Part shown: piece after piece, positions 19,680 to 49,071 of the stretch
Position numbering within the stretch: position 1 is the first letter of the stretch
Layout: each line of letters begins with the position of its first letter
From: the human T2T-CHM13v2.0 reference genome, Homo sapiens
DNA: 64,000 bases
Assembly (NCBI RefSeq): GCF_009914755.1
Contig: NC_060928.1
Direction: 5' to 3' (one strand)
Position numbers and translations under genes: made by a program
Notes under the pieces: model-generated
What the model was told of the DNA's origin: nothing
Seen by the model: only the letters and a program-made list of their open reading frames with translations
The model's database searches: none

Positions 19680-19880
19680 ATAATGATAATAATTACTGTC
19701 ATTTTTTAATGTCTATAAGTACCAGGCATTTAGAAGATATTATTCCATTTATATATCAAAATAAACTTGAGGGGATAGATCATTTTCATGATATATGAGA
19801 AAAATTAAAAATCAGATTGAATTATTTGCCTGTCATACAGCTAATAATTGACCATAAGACAATTAGATTTAAATTAGTTT
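19680..19880 (-). mobile_element. MIR overlapping the AFP distal enhancer
   Basis: tatttgcctgtcatacagctaataattgacc resembles the MIR core ttgcccaaggtcacacagctagtaagtggc (consensus from memory). Confidence 0.55.
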
Positions 19881-20185
19881 TGAATCTTTCTAATACCAAA
19901 GTTCAGTTTACTGTTCCATGTTGCTTCTGAGTGGCTTCACAGACTTATGAAAAAGTAAACGGAATCAGAATTACATCAATGCAAAAGCATTGCTGTGAAC
20001 TCTGTACTTAGGACTAAACTTTGAGCAATAACACATATAGATTGAGGATTGTTTGCTGTTAGTATACAAACTCTGGTTCAAAGCTCCTCTTTATTGCTTG
20101 TCTTGGAAAATTTGCTGTTCTTCATGGTTTCTCTTTTCACTGCTATCTATTTTTCTCAACCACTCACATGGCTACAATAACTGTC
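19820..20185 (+). promoter_or_regulatory. AFP enhancer domain A (~-4.1 to -3.75 kb)
   Basis: position relative to the TSS matches the recalled human AFP enhancer; HNF1-like gctaataattgac 19840-19852, C/EBP-like ttacatcaat, HNF4-like tgaactctg and ggttcaaagct, FOXA-like tgtttgct. Confidence 0.6.
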
Positions 20186-20423
20186 TGCAAGCTTATGATT
20201 CCCAAATATCTATCTCTAGCCTCAATCTTGTTCCAGAAGATAAAAAGTAGTATTCAAATGCACATCAACGTCTCCACTTGGAGGGCTTAAAGACGTTTCA
20301 ACATACAAACCGGGGAGTTTTGCCTGGAATGTTTCCTAAAATGTGTCCTGTAGCACATAGGGTCCTCTTGTTCCTTAAAATCTAATTACTTTTAGCCCAG
20401 TGCTCATCCCACCTATGGGGAGA

Positions 20424-20508
20424 TGAGAGTGAAAAGGGAGCCTGATTAATAATTACACTAAGTCAATAGGCATAGAGCCAGGACTGTTTGGGTAAACTGG
20501 TCACTTTA
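20424..20508. mobile_element. MER81-like hAT DNA transposon remnant
   Basis: tgagagtgaaaagggagcctgattaataattacac...ccaggactgtttgggtaaactggtcacttta aligns by eye with the recalled MER81 consensus. Confidence 0.65.
20443..20457 (+). promoter_or_regulatory. AFP enhancer domain B AT motif (HNF1/ATBF1-ZFHX3 site, ~-3.5 kb)
   Basis: TGATTAATAATTACA, an HNF1-type motif at the expected distance from the TSS. Confidence 0.8.
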
Positions 20509-21249
20509 TCTTAAACTAAATATATCCAAAACTGAACATGTACTTAGTTACTAAGTCTTTGACTTTATCTCATTCATACCACTCAGCTTTATCCAGGCCA
20601 CTTATTTGACAGTATTATTGCGAAAACTTCCTAACTGGTCTCCTTATCATAGTCTTATCCCCTTTTGAAACAAAAGAGACAGTTTCAAAATACAAATATG
20701 ATTTTTATTAGCTCCCTTTTGTTGTCTATAATAGTCCCAGAAGGAGTTATAAACTCCATTTAAAAAGTCTTTGAGATGTGGCCCTTGCCAACTTTGCCAG
20801 GAATTCCCAATATCTAGTATTTTCTACTATTAAACTTTGTGCCTCTTCAAAACTGCATTTTCTCTCATTCCCTAAGTGTGCATTGTTTTCCCTTACCGGT
20901 TGGTTTTTCCACCACCTTTTACATTTTCCTGGAACACTATACCCTCCCTCTTCATTTGGCCCACCTCTAATTTTCTTTCAGATCTCCATGAAGATGTTAC
21001 TTCCTCCAGGAAGCCTTATCTGACCCCTCCAAAGATGTCATGAGTTCCTCTTTTCATTCTACTAATCACAGCATCCATCACACCATGTTGTGATTACTGA
21101 TACTATTGTCTGTTTCTCTGATTAGGCAGTAAGCTCAACAAGAGCTACATGGTGCCTGTCTCTTGTTGCTGATTATTCCCATCCAAAAACAGTGCCTGGA
21201 ATGCAGACTTAACATTTTATTGAATGAATAAATAAAACCCCATCTATCG

Positions 21250-21480
21250 AGTGCTACTTTGTGCAAGACCCGGTTCTGAGGCATTTATATTTATTGATTT
21301 ATTTAATTCTCATTTAACCATGAAGGAGGTACTATCACTATCCTTATTTTATAGTTGATAAAGATAAAGCCCAGAGAAATGAATTAACTCACCCAAAGTC
21401 ATGTAGCTAAGTGACAGGGCAAAAATTCAAACCAGTTCCCCAACTTTACGTGATTAATACTGTGCTATACTGCCTCTCTG
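21250..21480 (-). mobile_element. MIR
   Basis: ttaattctcatttaaccatgaaggaggtactatcactatccttattttatagttgataaagataaagcccagagaaatgaattaactcacccaaagtcatgtagctaagtgacag. Confidence 0.75.
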
Positions 21481-21841
21481 ATCATATGGCATGGAATGCA
21501 GACATCTGCTCCGTAAGGCAGAATATGGAAGGAGATTGGAGGATGACACAAAACCAGCATAATATCAGAGGAAAAGTCCAAACAGGACCTGAACTGATAG
21601 AAAAGTTGTTACTCCTGGTGTAGTCGCATCGACATCTTGATGAACTGGTGGCTGACACAACATACATTGGCTTGATGTGTACATATTATTTGTAGTTGTG
21701 TGTGTATTTTTATATATATATTTGTAATATTGAAATAGTCATAATTTACTAAAGGCCTACCATTTGCCAGGCATTTTTACATTTGTCCCCTCTAATCTTT
21801 TGATGAGATGATCAGATTGGATTACTTGGCCTTGAAGATGA

Positions 21842-21907
21842 TATATCTACATCTATATCTATATCTATATCTATATCTATATCTATATCTATATCTATAT
21901 CTATATA
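21842..21907. repeat. (ATATCT)n hexanucleotide microsatellite
   Basis: about 10 units read directly. Confidence 0.95.
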
Positions 21908-22132
21908 TGTATATCAGAAAAGCTGAAATATGTTTTGTAAAGTTATAAAGATTTCAGACTTTATAGAATCTGGGATTTGCCAAATGTAACCCCTTTCTCT
22001 ACATTAAACCCATGTTGGAACAAATACATTTATTATTCATTCATCAAATGTTGCTGAGTCCTGGCTATGAACCAGACACTGTGAAAGCCTTTGGGATATT
22101 TTGCCCATGCTTGGGCAAGCTTATATAGTTTG

Positions 22133-22230
22133 CTTCATAAAACTCTATTTCAGTTCTTCATAACTAATACTTCATGACTATTGCTTTTCAGGTATTCCTT
22201 CATAACAAATACTTTGGCTTTCATATATTT
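22133..22230 (+). promoter_or_regulatory. AFP distal silencer (~-1.8 kb), 17-bp repeats
   Basis: CTTCATAACTAATACTT 22156-22172 with variants at 22133, 22170 and 22198; matches the recalled human AFP silencer core. Confidence 0.75.
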
Positions 22231-22974
22231 GAGTAAAGTCCCCCTTGAGGAAGAGTAGAAGAACTGCACTTTGTAAATACTATCCTGGAATCCAAACGGA
22301 TAGACAAGGATGGTGCTACCTCTTTCTGGAGAGTACGTGAGCAAGGCCTGTTTTGTTAACATGTTCCTTAGGAGACAAAACTTAGGAGAGACACGCATAG
22401 CAGAAAATGGACAAAAACTAACAAATGAATGGGAATTGTACTTGATTAGCATTGAAGACCTTGTTTATACTATGATAAATGTTTGTATTTGCTGGAAGTG
22501 CTACTGACGGTAAACCCTTTTTGTTTAAATGTGTGCCCTAGTAGCTTGCAGTATGATCTATTTTTTAAGTACTGTACTTAGCTTATTTAAAAATTTTATG
22601 TTTAAAATTGCATAGTGCTCTTTCATTGAAGAAGTTTTGAGAGAGAGATAGAATTAAATTCACTTATCTTACCATCTAGAGAAACCCAATGTTAAAACTT
22701 TGTTGTCCATTATTTCTGTCTTTTATTCAACATTTTTTTTAGAGGGTGGGAGGAATACAGAGGAGGTACAATGATACACAAATGAGAGCACTCTCCATGT
22801 ATTGTTTTGTCCTGTTTTTCAGTTAACAATATATTATGAGCATATTTCCATTTCATTAAATATTCTTCCACAAAGTTATTTTGATGGCTGTATATCACCC
22901 TACTTTATGAATGTACCATATTAATTTATTTCCTGGTGTGGGTTATTTGATTTTATAATCTTACCTTTAGAATA

Positions 22975-23130
22975 ATGAAACACCTGTGAAGCTTTAGAAA
23001 ATACTGGTGCCTGGGTCTCAACTCCACAGATTCTGATTTAACTGGTCTGGGTTACAGACTAGGCATTGGGAATTCAAAAAGTTCCCCCAGTGATTCTAAT
23101 GTGTAGCCAAGATCGGGAACCCTTGTAGAC
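22975..23130. mobile_element. MER5A hAT-Charlie remnant
   Basis: cagattctgatttaactggtctggg...ttcccccagtgattctaatgtgtagccaag. Confidence 0.8.
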
Positions 23131-23409
23131 AGGGATGATAGGAGGTGAGCCACTCTTAGCATCCATCATTTAGTATTAACATCATCATCTTGAGTTGCTA
23201 AGTGAATGATGCACCTGACCCACTTTATAAAGACACATGTGCAAATAAAATTATTATAGGACTTGGTTTATTAGGGCTTGTGCTCTAAGTTTTCTATGTT
23301 AAGCCATACATCGCATACTAAATACTTTAAAATGTACCTTATTGACATACATATTAAGTGAAAAGTGTTTCTGAGCTAAACAATGACAGCATAATTATCA
23401 AGCAATGAT

Positions 23410-23727
23410 AATTTGAAATGAATTTATTATTCTGCAACTTAGGGACAAGTCATCTCTCTGAATTTTTTGTACTTTGAGAGTATTTGTTATATTTGCAAGA
23501 TGAAGAGTCTGAATTGGTCAGACAATGTCTTGTGTGCCTGGCATATGATAGGCATTTAATAGTTTTAAAGAATTAATGTATTTAGATGAATTGCATACCA
23601 AATCTGCTGTCTTTTCTTTATGGCTTCATTAACTTAATTTGAGAGAAATTAATTATTCTGCAACTTAGGGACAAGTCATGTCTTTGAATATTCTGTAGTT
23701 TGAGGAGAATATTTGTTATATTTGCAA
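23410..23727 (+). repeat. Imperfect direct repeat (~85 bp x2, offset 226) upstream of the AFP promoter
   Basis: 28-bp identical core attattctgcaacttagggacaagtcat at 23426 and 23652, plus shared tatttgttatatttgcaa. Confidence 0.9.
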
Positions 23728-23774
23728 AATAAAATAAGTTTGCAAGTTTTTTTTTTCTGCCCCAAAGAGCTCTG

Positions 23775-23941
23775 TGTCCTTGAACATAAAATACAAATAA
23801 CCGCTATGCTGTTAATTATTGGCAAATGTCCCATTTTCAACCTAAGGAAATACCATAAAGTAACAGATATACCAACAAAAGGTTACTAGTTAACAGGCAT
23901 TGCCTGAAAAGAGTATAAAAGAATTTCAGCATGATTTTCCA
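23775..23941 (+). promoter_or_regulatory. AFP: AFP proximal promoter
   Basis: NR5A2/LRH-1 site TCAAGGACA (minus strand, 23775-23783), distal HNF1 gttaattattggc 23811-23823, proximal HNF1 ggttactagttaac 23881-23894, TATAAAA 23914-23920, TSS ~23941. Confidence 0.9.
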
Positions 23942-23975
23942 TATTGTGCTTCCACCACTGCCAATAACAAAATAA

Positions 23976-42936
<18,961 letters not shown>

Positions 42937-43286
42937 ATTACTTCAGGTAACAAAACATTCAGACAAGCCTGAATACAATGTTGTTTCTCCAGAAATATCA
43001 ATCCATAATGAGATAGATCATGAGGAGTGCCATTAATTCTCTTAAAAATACATGGAATTCAAAAAAAAGTTTATTTTAAAAACACTTGAACAAAATTACG
43101 CACACAATGTTAAATTAGTGGCTCAACTATGCAAAATCCTTTTTGGTTATTTAAAAGACTTCAACAAATGCTATCAGAAGACTTTCCTACGTATCCAATA
43201 TTTCTCTGATATAAAATAATAGAACCAGTTACTTACTGCACCTATTAGTTTAATTAGTATTTAATATATTTTTGCTCATATTGCAG

Positions 43287-43431
43287 GGGAAGAGAAGACA
43301 AAACGAGTCTTTCATTCGGTGTGAACTTTTCTCTTTAATTTTAACTGATTTAACACTTTTTGTGAATTAATGAAATGATAAAGACTTTTATGTGAGATTT
43401 CCTTATCACAGAAATAAAATATCTCCAAATG
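43287..43431 (+). other. AFP: AFP exon 15 (non-coding 3' UTR) with poly(A) signal
   Basis: acceptor ttgcag|gggaag; AATAAA 43413-43418; end approximate. Confidence 0.88.
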
Positions 43432-44574
43432 TTTCCTTTTCCAAGTTTGCTTATTTATGAAAAGTTATCGATAATTTCTTTAGTTTTGTATACCATTGTC
43501 TGAAGCAGATTCTGTTAAAATAGCATTAAGTGTTGGTTATTATAGGAGATTAAAGCTATCCAAGGATGGATTTACAGCACTAGATCACTTGGTGAACTGA
43601 AAAATGTTCCCAAGTTAAACACTATTTGATGCTACCAGGGCATTTTGTTTATTAAATGACCATCACTGAAGTATTCTAACAGATAATCTGGAGATGAGAA
43701 AAGAAATTATTATTCTTCTATGGGATCTAAGAAAATTTAACATCTACTTTTTTTCTCAATCTTGTTCAGTTCTCTATTCACAGACATTTTAAAACATAAG
43801 AATATTACAGTTTTGATTGAATATAATTAATGTTTTCATCAATTAAATTTTTATTCCACAAATGTTTATTAAGCCTTCACTGAGTTCCAGGCCTTGGGCT
43901 GGGTACAGTCACTGTTCTCCAGTCGCTTCAGTAGAGAAGGAAGCAACACAATAATGATGCCTCAGATTATGACCACAAGGAGTTGACAACAAATTGTTGA
44001 GGGAACGAAAGGGTGGGTGACATCAGTTCTGACTGGAAAAGGTGCCATAAATGTTTAAGAAGAGTCTTAGAAAATGAATGAGCATTCATCAGTTCAAGTA
44101 AAAGAGAAGGCCATTTTATGAAAGAGGAAACATGGTCAGAGGTACTGGGTATGACAAAGTATGATGAATAGTTTTAGAGGAGTACAGGGTAGGCAGGAAG
44201 GGTAGAGATGTAGAATGTTAGGCAGGATGTGGAAGCTATGAAGGGCTAATCCAGACTCTCAGCACTCTATTCTAAAGAGGTTGGACAATATCTTATGAGT
44301 AACAGAGGACCACAGTGATAGCTAAGCAGAGGTGTGCTATTAATAATTAGCTTTGAGGAAGATAATCTATGAGATACGGAGCATGGGCAATGGGGCAGGG
44401 AAAAGGGTAGAGGGGGCAAAGTCAGCAAGAGGTGACAAAAAGACCATTCCACCAGTAGGGAAGCTGTTTATCTTATTAGCTTTGAATAGAAATCTGAAAA
44501 TTACATGCATACTTTGGCCTGGGCTCTGGGAGAAGACAATGGCTTTAGAGCAATAAAATGTGCTTTCGGTTCTT

Positions 44575-44704
44575 CTTCTCTTTTTTTTTGAATTGGAATC
44601 TGCTATGTTGCCCAGCTGGTCTCAAAATCCTGGGCTCAAAAGATCCTCCTACCTTGGCCTCCTGAGTAGCTGGGACTAGAGCCATGAACCACTACACCTA
44701 GCCC
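44575..44704 (-). mobile_element. Alu monomer (FLAM/AluJ-like)
   Basis: gctatgttgcccagctggtctcaaaatcctgggctcaaaagatcctcctaccttggcctcctgagtagctgggacta. Confidence 0.85.
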
Positions 44705-45019
44705 TTTTAGTTCTAACTAGATTGCTTTCTACTTGACATTTTTCTTTCCATTGTACTGCAACATCTATGAACTTTGTCTGATTTTGGTGTAATTCTAAAA
44801 GGTATTAATTTAAAGATCACAATAAAATAAAATCACGTTCAATATAAAAGCATTAAGCTGGAAAATGCTTTATTTTTTTAAGGGAAAAGCACAATGAAGG
44901 TAAAACTGTTAGGGAAATTTGTGAGTCAAATAATATTTTGTTGAAATATATAAAGAAAAAATGATTGGAGGCAGAAGGATAAATTGACGTAAGTACAATT
45001 GTAAATTGGGGATTTTTAA

Positions 45020-45329
45020 AAATTTATTTTATTTATTTATTTATTTTTTTGAGACAGAGTCTCGCTGTGTCGTCAGGCTGGAGTGCAGTGGTACAATCTC
45101 GGCTCACTGCAAGCTCTGACTCCCTGGTTCAAGCGATTCTCCTACCTCAGCCTCCTGAGTAGCTGGGATTACAGGCACGCGCCATGACACCCAGCTAATT
45201 TTTGTATTTTTAGTAGAGACGGGGTTTCACCATGTTGGCCAGGCTGACCTTGAACTCCTGGCCTCATGATCTGCCTGTCTCGGCCTCCCAAAGTGTTGGG
45301 ATTATAGGCATGAGCCACTGCACCCAGCC
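45020..45329 (-). mobile_element. Alu (AluSc-like)
   Basis: (ttta)n tail plus full Alu reverse complement; imperfect TSD aaattggggatttt / aaattggagatttt. Confidence 0.93.
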
Positions 45330-45409
45330 AAATTGGAGATTTTAAAACATCTCTACCTCATTAACAGAACAAGTTAGGCAAATAACAAATAAAGACTCAG
45401 GGTATTAAA

Positions 45410-46650
45410 CTGCTGTAGTCAGGATTACCAACAACTTTCACACTGCAAAATCCAATAGTGGATTCTTAGTCTTTAGCTTATCTGAGTTCTCTCAGCAGCA
45501 TTTGACACAATTGATCACTCTCTTTTCCTTGAAACGTTTTCCTCACTTGGTGTTCGGACTTTCTTCCAACCTCATTGGCTGTTTCACCTCAATCTTCTTT
45601 GCTGTGTCCTCCTAACTCTTTGACCTCTAAATGTTGGAGTGTCCCAGAACAGTTCTTCCTTGACCGAAATTCACTCATCCAGACTCAGTGCATTAAATGC
45701 CATCTAGATGTTGACAACACATGTTTATAGCTCCAGCCTGGATTTCTTCCTTGACTTACAGGCTCTTACGTCAGCTTCCTCCTTAACATCTCCATGCTGA
45801 TAATGTATAGACAACACAAACTTAGCACATTACAAATTGAATGTGAATCTACTCCTTGTCCCAAATTTGTACCTCCATCTTGTCTATCTGTCTGTTTTTA
45901 TGAGTCAGACATTTTGGATTTATTGATGACCCCTCTCTTGCATATCACCCACACATTCAATCTATGAGCAAAGCTTGTCGGCTCTACCTTTAAAAAGTAT
46001 CCAGAATTTGACTATTTCTCAATACTTTGGTACCAGTCACAATCATATGCCTCACTGGGGTTATTGCAATAGATTCCTAATTGGTCTTTTTACAAGTGAC
46101 CTTGCTCCACCCTCAACCCTATTCTCAAAAGTGAACATTATGTCACTTTTCCACTCAGAATCCTCTAGTGGCTTCCCACCTCTCTCAGAGTAAAATGCAA
46201 AGTCTGTCCAATGACCCTACATGATAATATCTTTCTGACCTTTTTTGTTACTCCTCTGATCAGGTACAGAGGTCTCCCTGCTGCTCTTCAAGTTACCAAT
46301 CAATGTCCTGCTCAGGGTTTTGCCCTCATGACCCTTCTGGCTTAGAAGACCCTCAGCTATGTGTGAGGCTCACTTCATCACCAACTTCAAGCTTCTACTC
46401 GTAGTTATCTGCTAAATGATGATGTTTTCCTCAACTACCTTATTTTAATTCAGAAATGCCATTCCCAGTCCCCACAACACTTATCACCATCTGACAAACA
46501 CTAGATTTTACTTGTTTATTTTCTGTCTACCTCACTAGAGTGTAAGCTCCATGAGAACAGTAACTTTTGTCTCCTTTGTTTACTTCGGCTATCTTCAGCA
46601 TATAGAACAGTGCCTGAAACATAATAGGCATTCTAGAAATATTTATTTGA
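45410..46650 (+). mobile_element. L2 (L2a-like)
   Basis: ctcagcagcatttgacacaattgatcactc, actagagtgtaagctccatgagaacag, tagaacagtgcctgaaacataataggcattc. Confidence 0.85.
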
Positions 46651-46819
46651 GTATGTGGAGGAATACTACACGCCATGGGCTATATATATTTTCTTATAAG
46701 GTGGTGAAACTAGAGGGGTTGTTAGCTTCCTCTAATAAAATTTTTTTCTAGAGAAAAAAAAAAAGCACAGGCCTAAGAAATTAACATAAAAACCATAAGA
46801 TACCACTGAGGATGTTAAA

Positions 46820-46822
<3 letters not shown>

Positions 46823-46857
<35 letters not shown>

Positions 46858-46917
46858 CATGTGTGTGTGTGTGTGTATGCATGTGTATGTGTGTGTAGGC
46901 ATGTGTGTGTGTGTATC
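46823..46917. repeat. (TG)n microsatellite
   Basis: direct reading. Confidence 0.95.
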
Positions 46918-47213
46918 GTGTAGAATGAGAATTAGGAAGTGGTGGCATTCTAGAATAGCTGGCTTGAAAGAGGGTGGGTAGGTTTGGGGGATAGATTTTT
47001 AACTTGTGCTTTTGTCTATACACTAAATTACAACGAAGGCTGCCACTTGCTTCACTGCCACTGTGAAGCATAAATCAGAAGGAGTAGCTCAAATTGCTTG
47101 GTGACCACAGGATAATATTGGGATAAGGCTAAACTCCAGCTGGGGCAAAAGACTGGTGAAAACAGCTGGGTGCAGAACAGCTACTGTTAAAAATTAAGTC
47201 TTCCAATCTCTTT

Positions 47214-47542
47214 ATTTTATTTTATTTTATTTATTTATTTATTTATTTATTTATTTTTTTGTATTATACTTTAAGTTTTAGGGTACCTGTGCCCAGCAAT
47301 CCCATTACTGGGTATATACCCAAAGGATTATAAATCATGCTGCTATAAAGACACATGCACATGTATGTTTATTGCGGCACTATTCACAATAGCAAAGACT
47401 TGGAACCAACCCAAATGTCCAACAATGATAGACTGGATTAAGAAAATGTGGCACATATACACCATGGAATACTAGGCAGCCATAAAAAAGGATGAGTTCA
47501 TGTCCTTTGTAGGTACATGGATGAAGTTGGAAACCATCATTG
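47214..47542 (-). mobile_element. Short young L1PA insertion with 5' inversion
   Basis: (ttta)n tail, ~30 nt antisense L1 3' end, then ~250 nt sense L1; TSD caatctcttt at 47204-47213 and 47543-47552. Confidence 0.9.
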
Positions 47543-48527
47543 CAATCTCTTTCATGCCTACTTTCCCAGGACTTGTGGATTACCGTATAAGGAATTTGTC
47601 TCCTCCAATGATGCTGCTTTCAAAGAGTTAAGGAAGGGTCCAGAGAATTGCTCCATAGCATGGAATTAAATTAATAATCAATAACAGTAAGATCTCTAGA
47701 AAGTCCCCAAACATCCATTAACTAAGTAACATGCTTGTAAACATTCATGAATCAAAAAAGAAATCAGAAGCATATTTAAAAAATATTTTTGCCTGAATGA
47801 AAATGAAAAATGTGTCAGAATTTATAGAATGTCACTAAAACAGTGACATTTAAATTAAAGGAAATTTATAACGCTAAAGGCCTATGTGTTATAGAAAAGA
47901 AGGAAGATCTCAAATCAATGACATCAGCTTCTTCCTTAATAATCTAGAGATGAAAGAGCAAATTAAAAAACTAGTCATGAGAAAGAAGATAATAAAGATC
48001 AAAGGAGAATCAATAAAATAGAAAACAGAAGAAATCAATAGATATAATCACTGCAACCAAATGCGGTTCTTTAAGATCAATACTATTAATAAACCTCTAA
48101 CCAGATTTCTCACTACCAATGTTTGGAATGAGAGAGGTGATAGTATTACAAGTATTAAAATAATGAGAAGAAAATGTTGTGAAAAAAATATGTCAGTAAA
48201 TTCAATGACATATGAAAAGGACAGATTCCTTGAAAGACACACTTACAAAAGCTCATGCAAGAACAAGTAGTTAACGTGGTTATTTATGTATTAAGGAAAT
48301 TGAAGTTGTAATTAAGATCATTCCCACAAAGAAAACTCCAGGCTTCACGATGAATTCTATTAAACATTTAAGGAAAAATAATACTAATTCTATACTAACT
48401 CTTCCAAAAAAATCAAAGAGATGGAAATATTTTTTGATTCATTCTATGAGGCCAGCATTACCCCAATACTAAAATAAGTCAAAGATAATGCATAAAAATA
48501 AAACTATGGACCAATAGTCCTTATGAA

Positions 48528-49071
48528 CAGGGGTCAACAAATATTTTCTGTAAAAGGTTAGATAAGTATTTTAGGCTTTGCAGGCTATTTACAGTCATCA
48601 TCGTCCCCTCCCCCTTCCCCTCCTCCTTCCCCTCCCCCTCCCCCATCCCCCTCCCCCTCTCCCATCACCCTCCCCCATCTCCCTCCCTTTCCCTTCTCCC
48701 CCTTCTTCTCCCCCCCACTTCCCCTCCCCCTCCCCTTCCCTTCCCTCCTCGCCTTCCTCCTCTTCCTCTTCTTCTTTCTTCTTTCTTCTTTCTTCTTTCT
48801 TTCTTTCTTCTTCTTCTTCTTCTTCTTCTTCTTCTTCTTCTTCTTCCTCTTCCTCTTCCTCCTCTTTTTCTTCATCTTCATTTTCTTTCTCCTCTTTCTC
48901 TTCTCCTTCTTCTCCTTCTTCCCCTCTTCTCTTTCTCTTGGTCTTTCTCCTCTTCTTTCATTCTCTTCTCTTTAATATTTTAGAATGTGAAAACCTTTTT
49001 AAGCTCATATACCATACAAAAATGAACTAAAAGCTGAATTTAGCATGCGGGCCATAGTATGTTGACCCCTG
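48528..49071. mobile_element. MER58-type hAT element containing an expanded pyrimidine tract
   Basis: perfect 12-bp TIRs caggggtcaaca / tgttgacccctg; 8-bp TSD-like cttatgaa / cacatgaa. Confidence 0.85.
48602..48972. repeat. C-rich then (TTC)n low-complexity tract
   Basis: cccctcc-rich to ~48770; pure (TTC)14 at 48805-48846. Confidence 0.95.

Larger units (their letters stand above)
20160..21240 (+). mobile_element. L2 fragment(s), interrupted at ~20310-20510
   Basis: tcccaaatatctatctctagc, tctccacttgga, cttcctccaggaagcctt and the 3' tail cagtgcctgg...ttattgaatgaataaat. Confidence 0.7.

Noticed and set aside
22133-22230. Repeat-spacer-like pattern that might suggest a CRISPR array
   Set aside because: Degenerate overlapping 17-mers with no unique spacers, in a eukaryotic regulatory region with no cas genes
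48578-49030. 150-aa Pro/Ser-rich ORF and the antisense 98-aa Lys/Gly-rich ORF
   Set aside because: Translations of a low-complexity C/T tract, open only because the composition lacks stop codons
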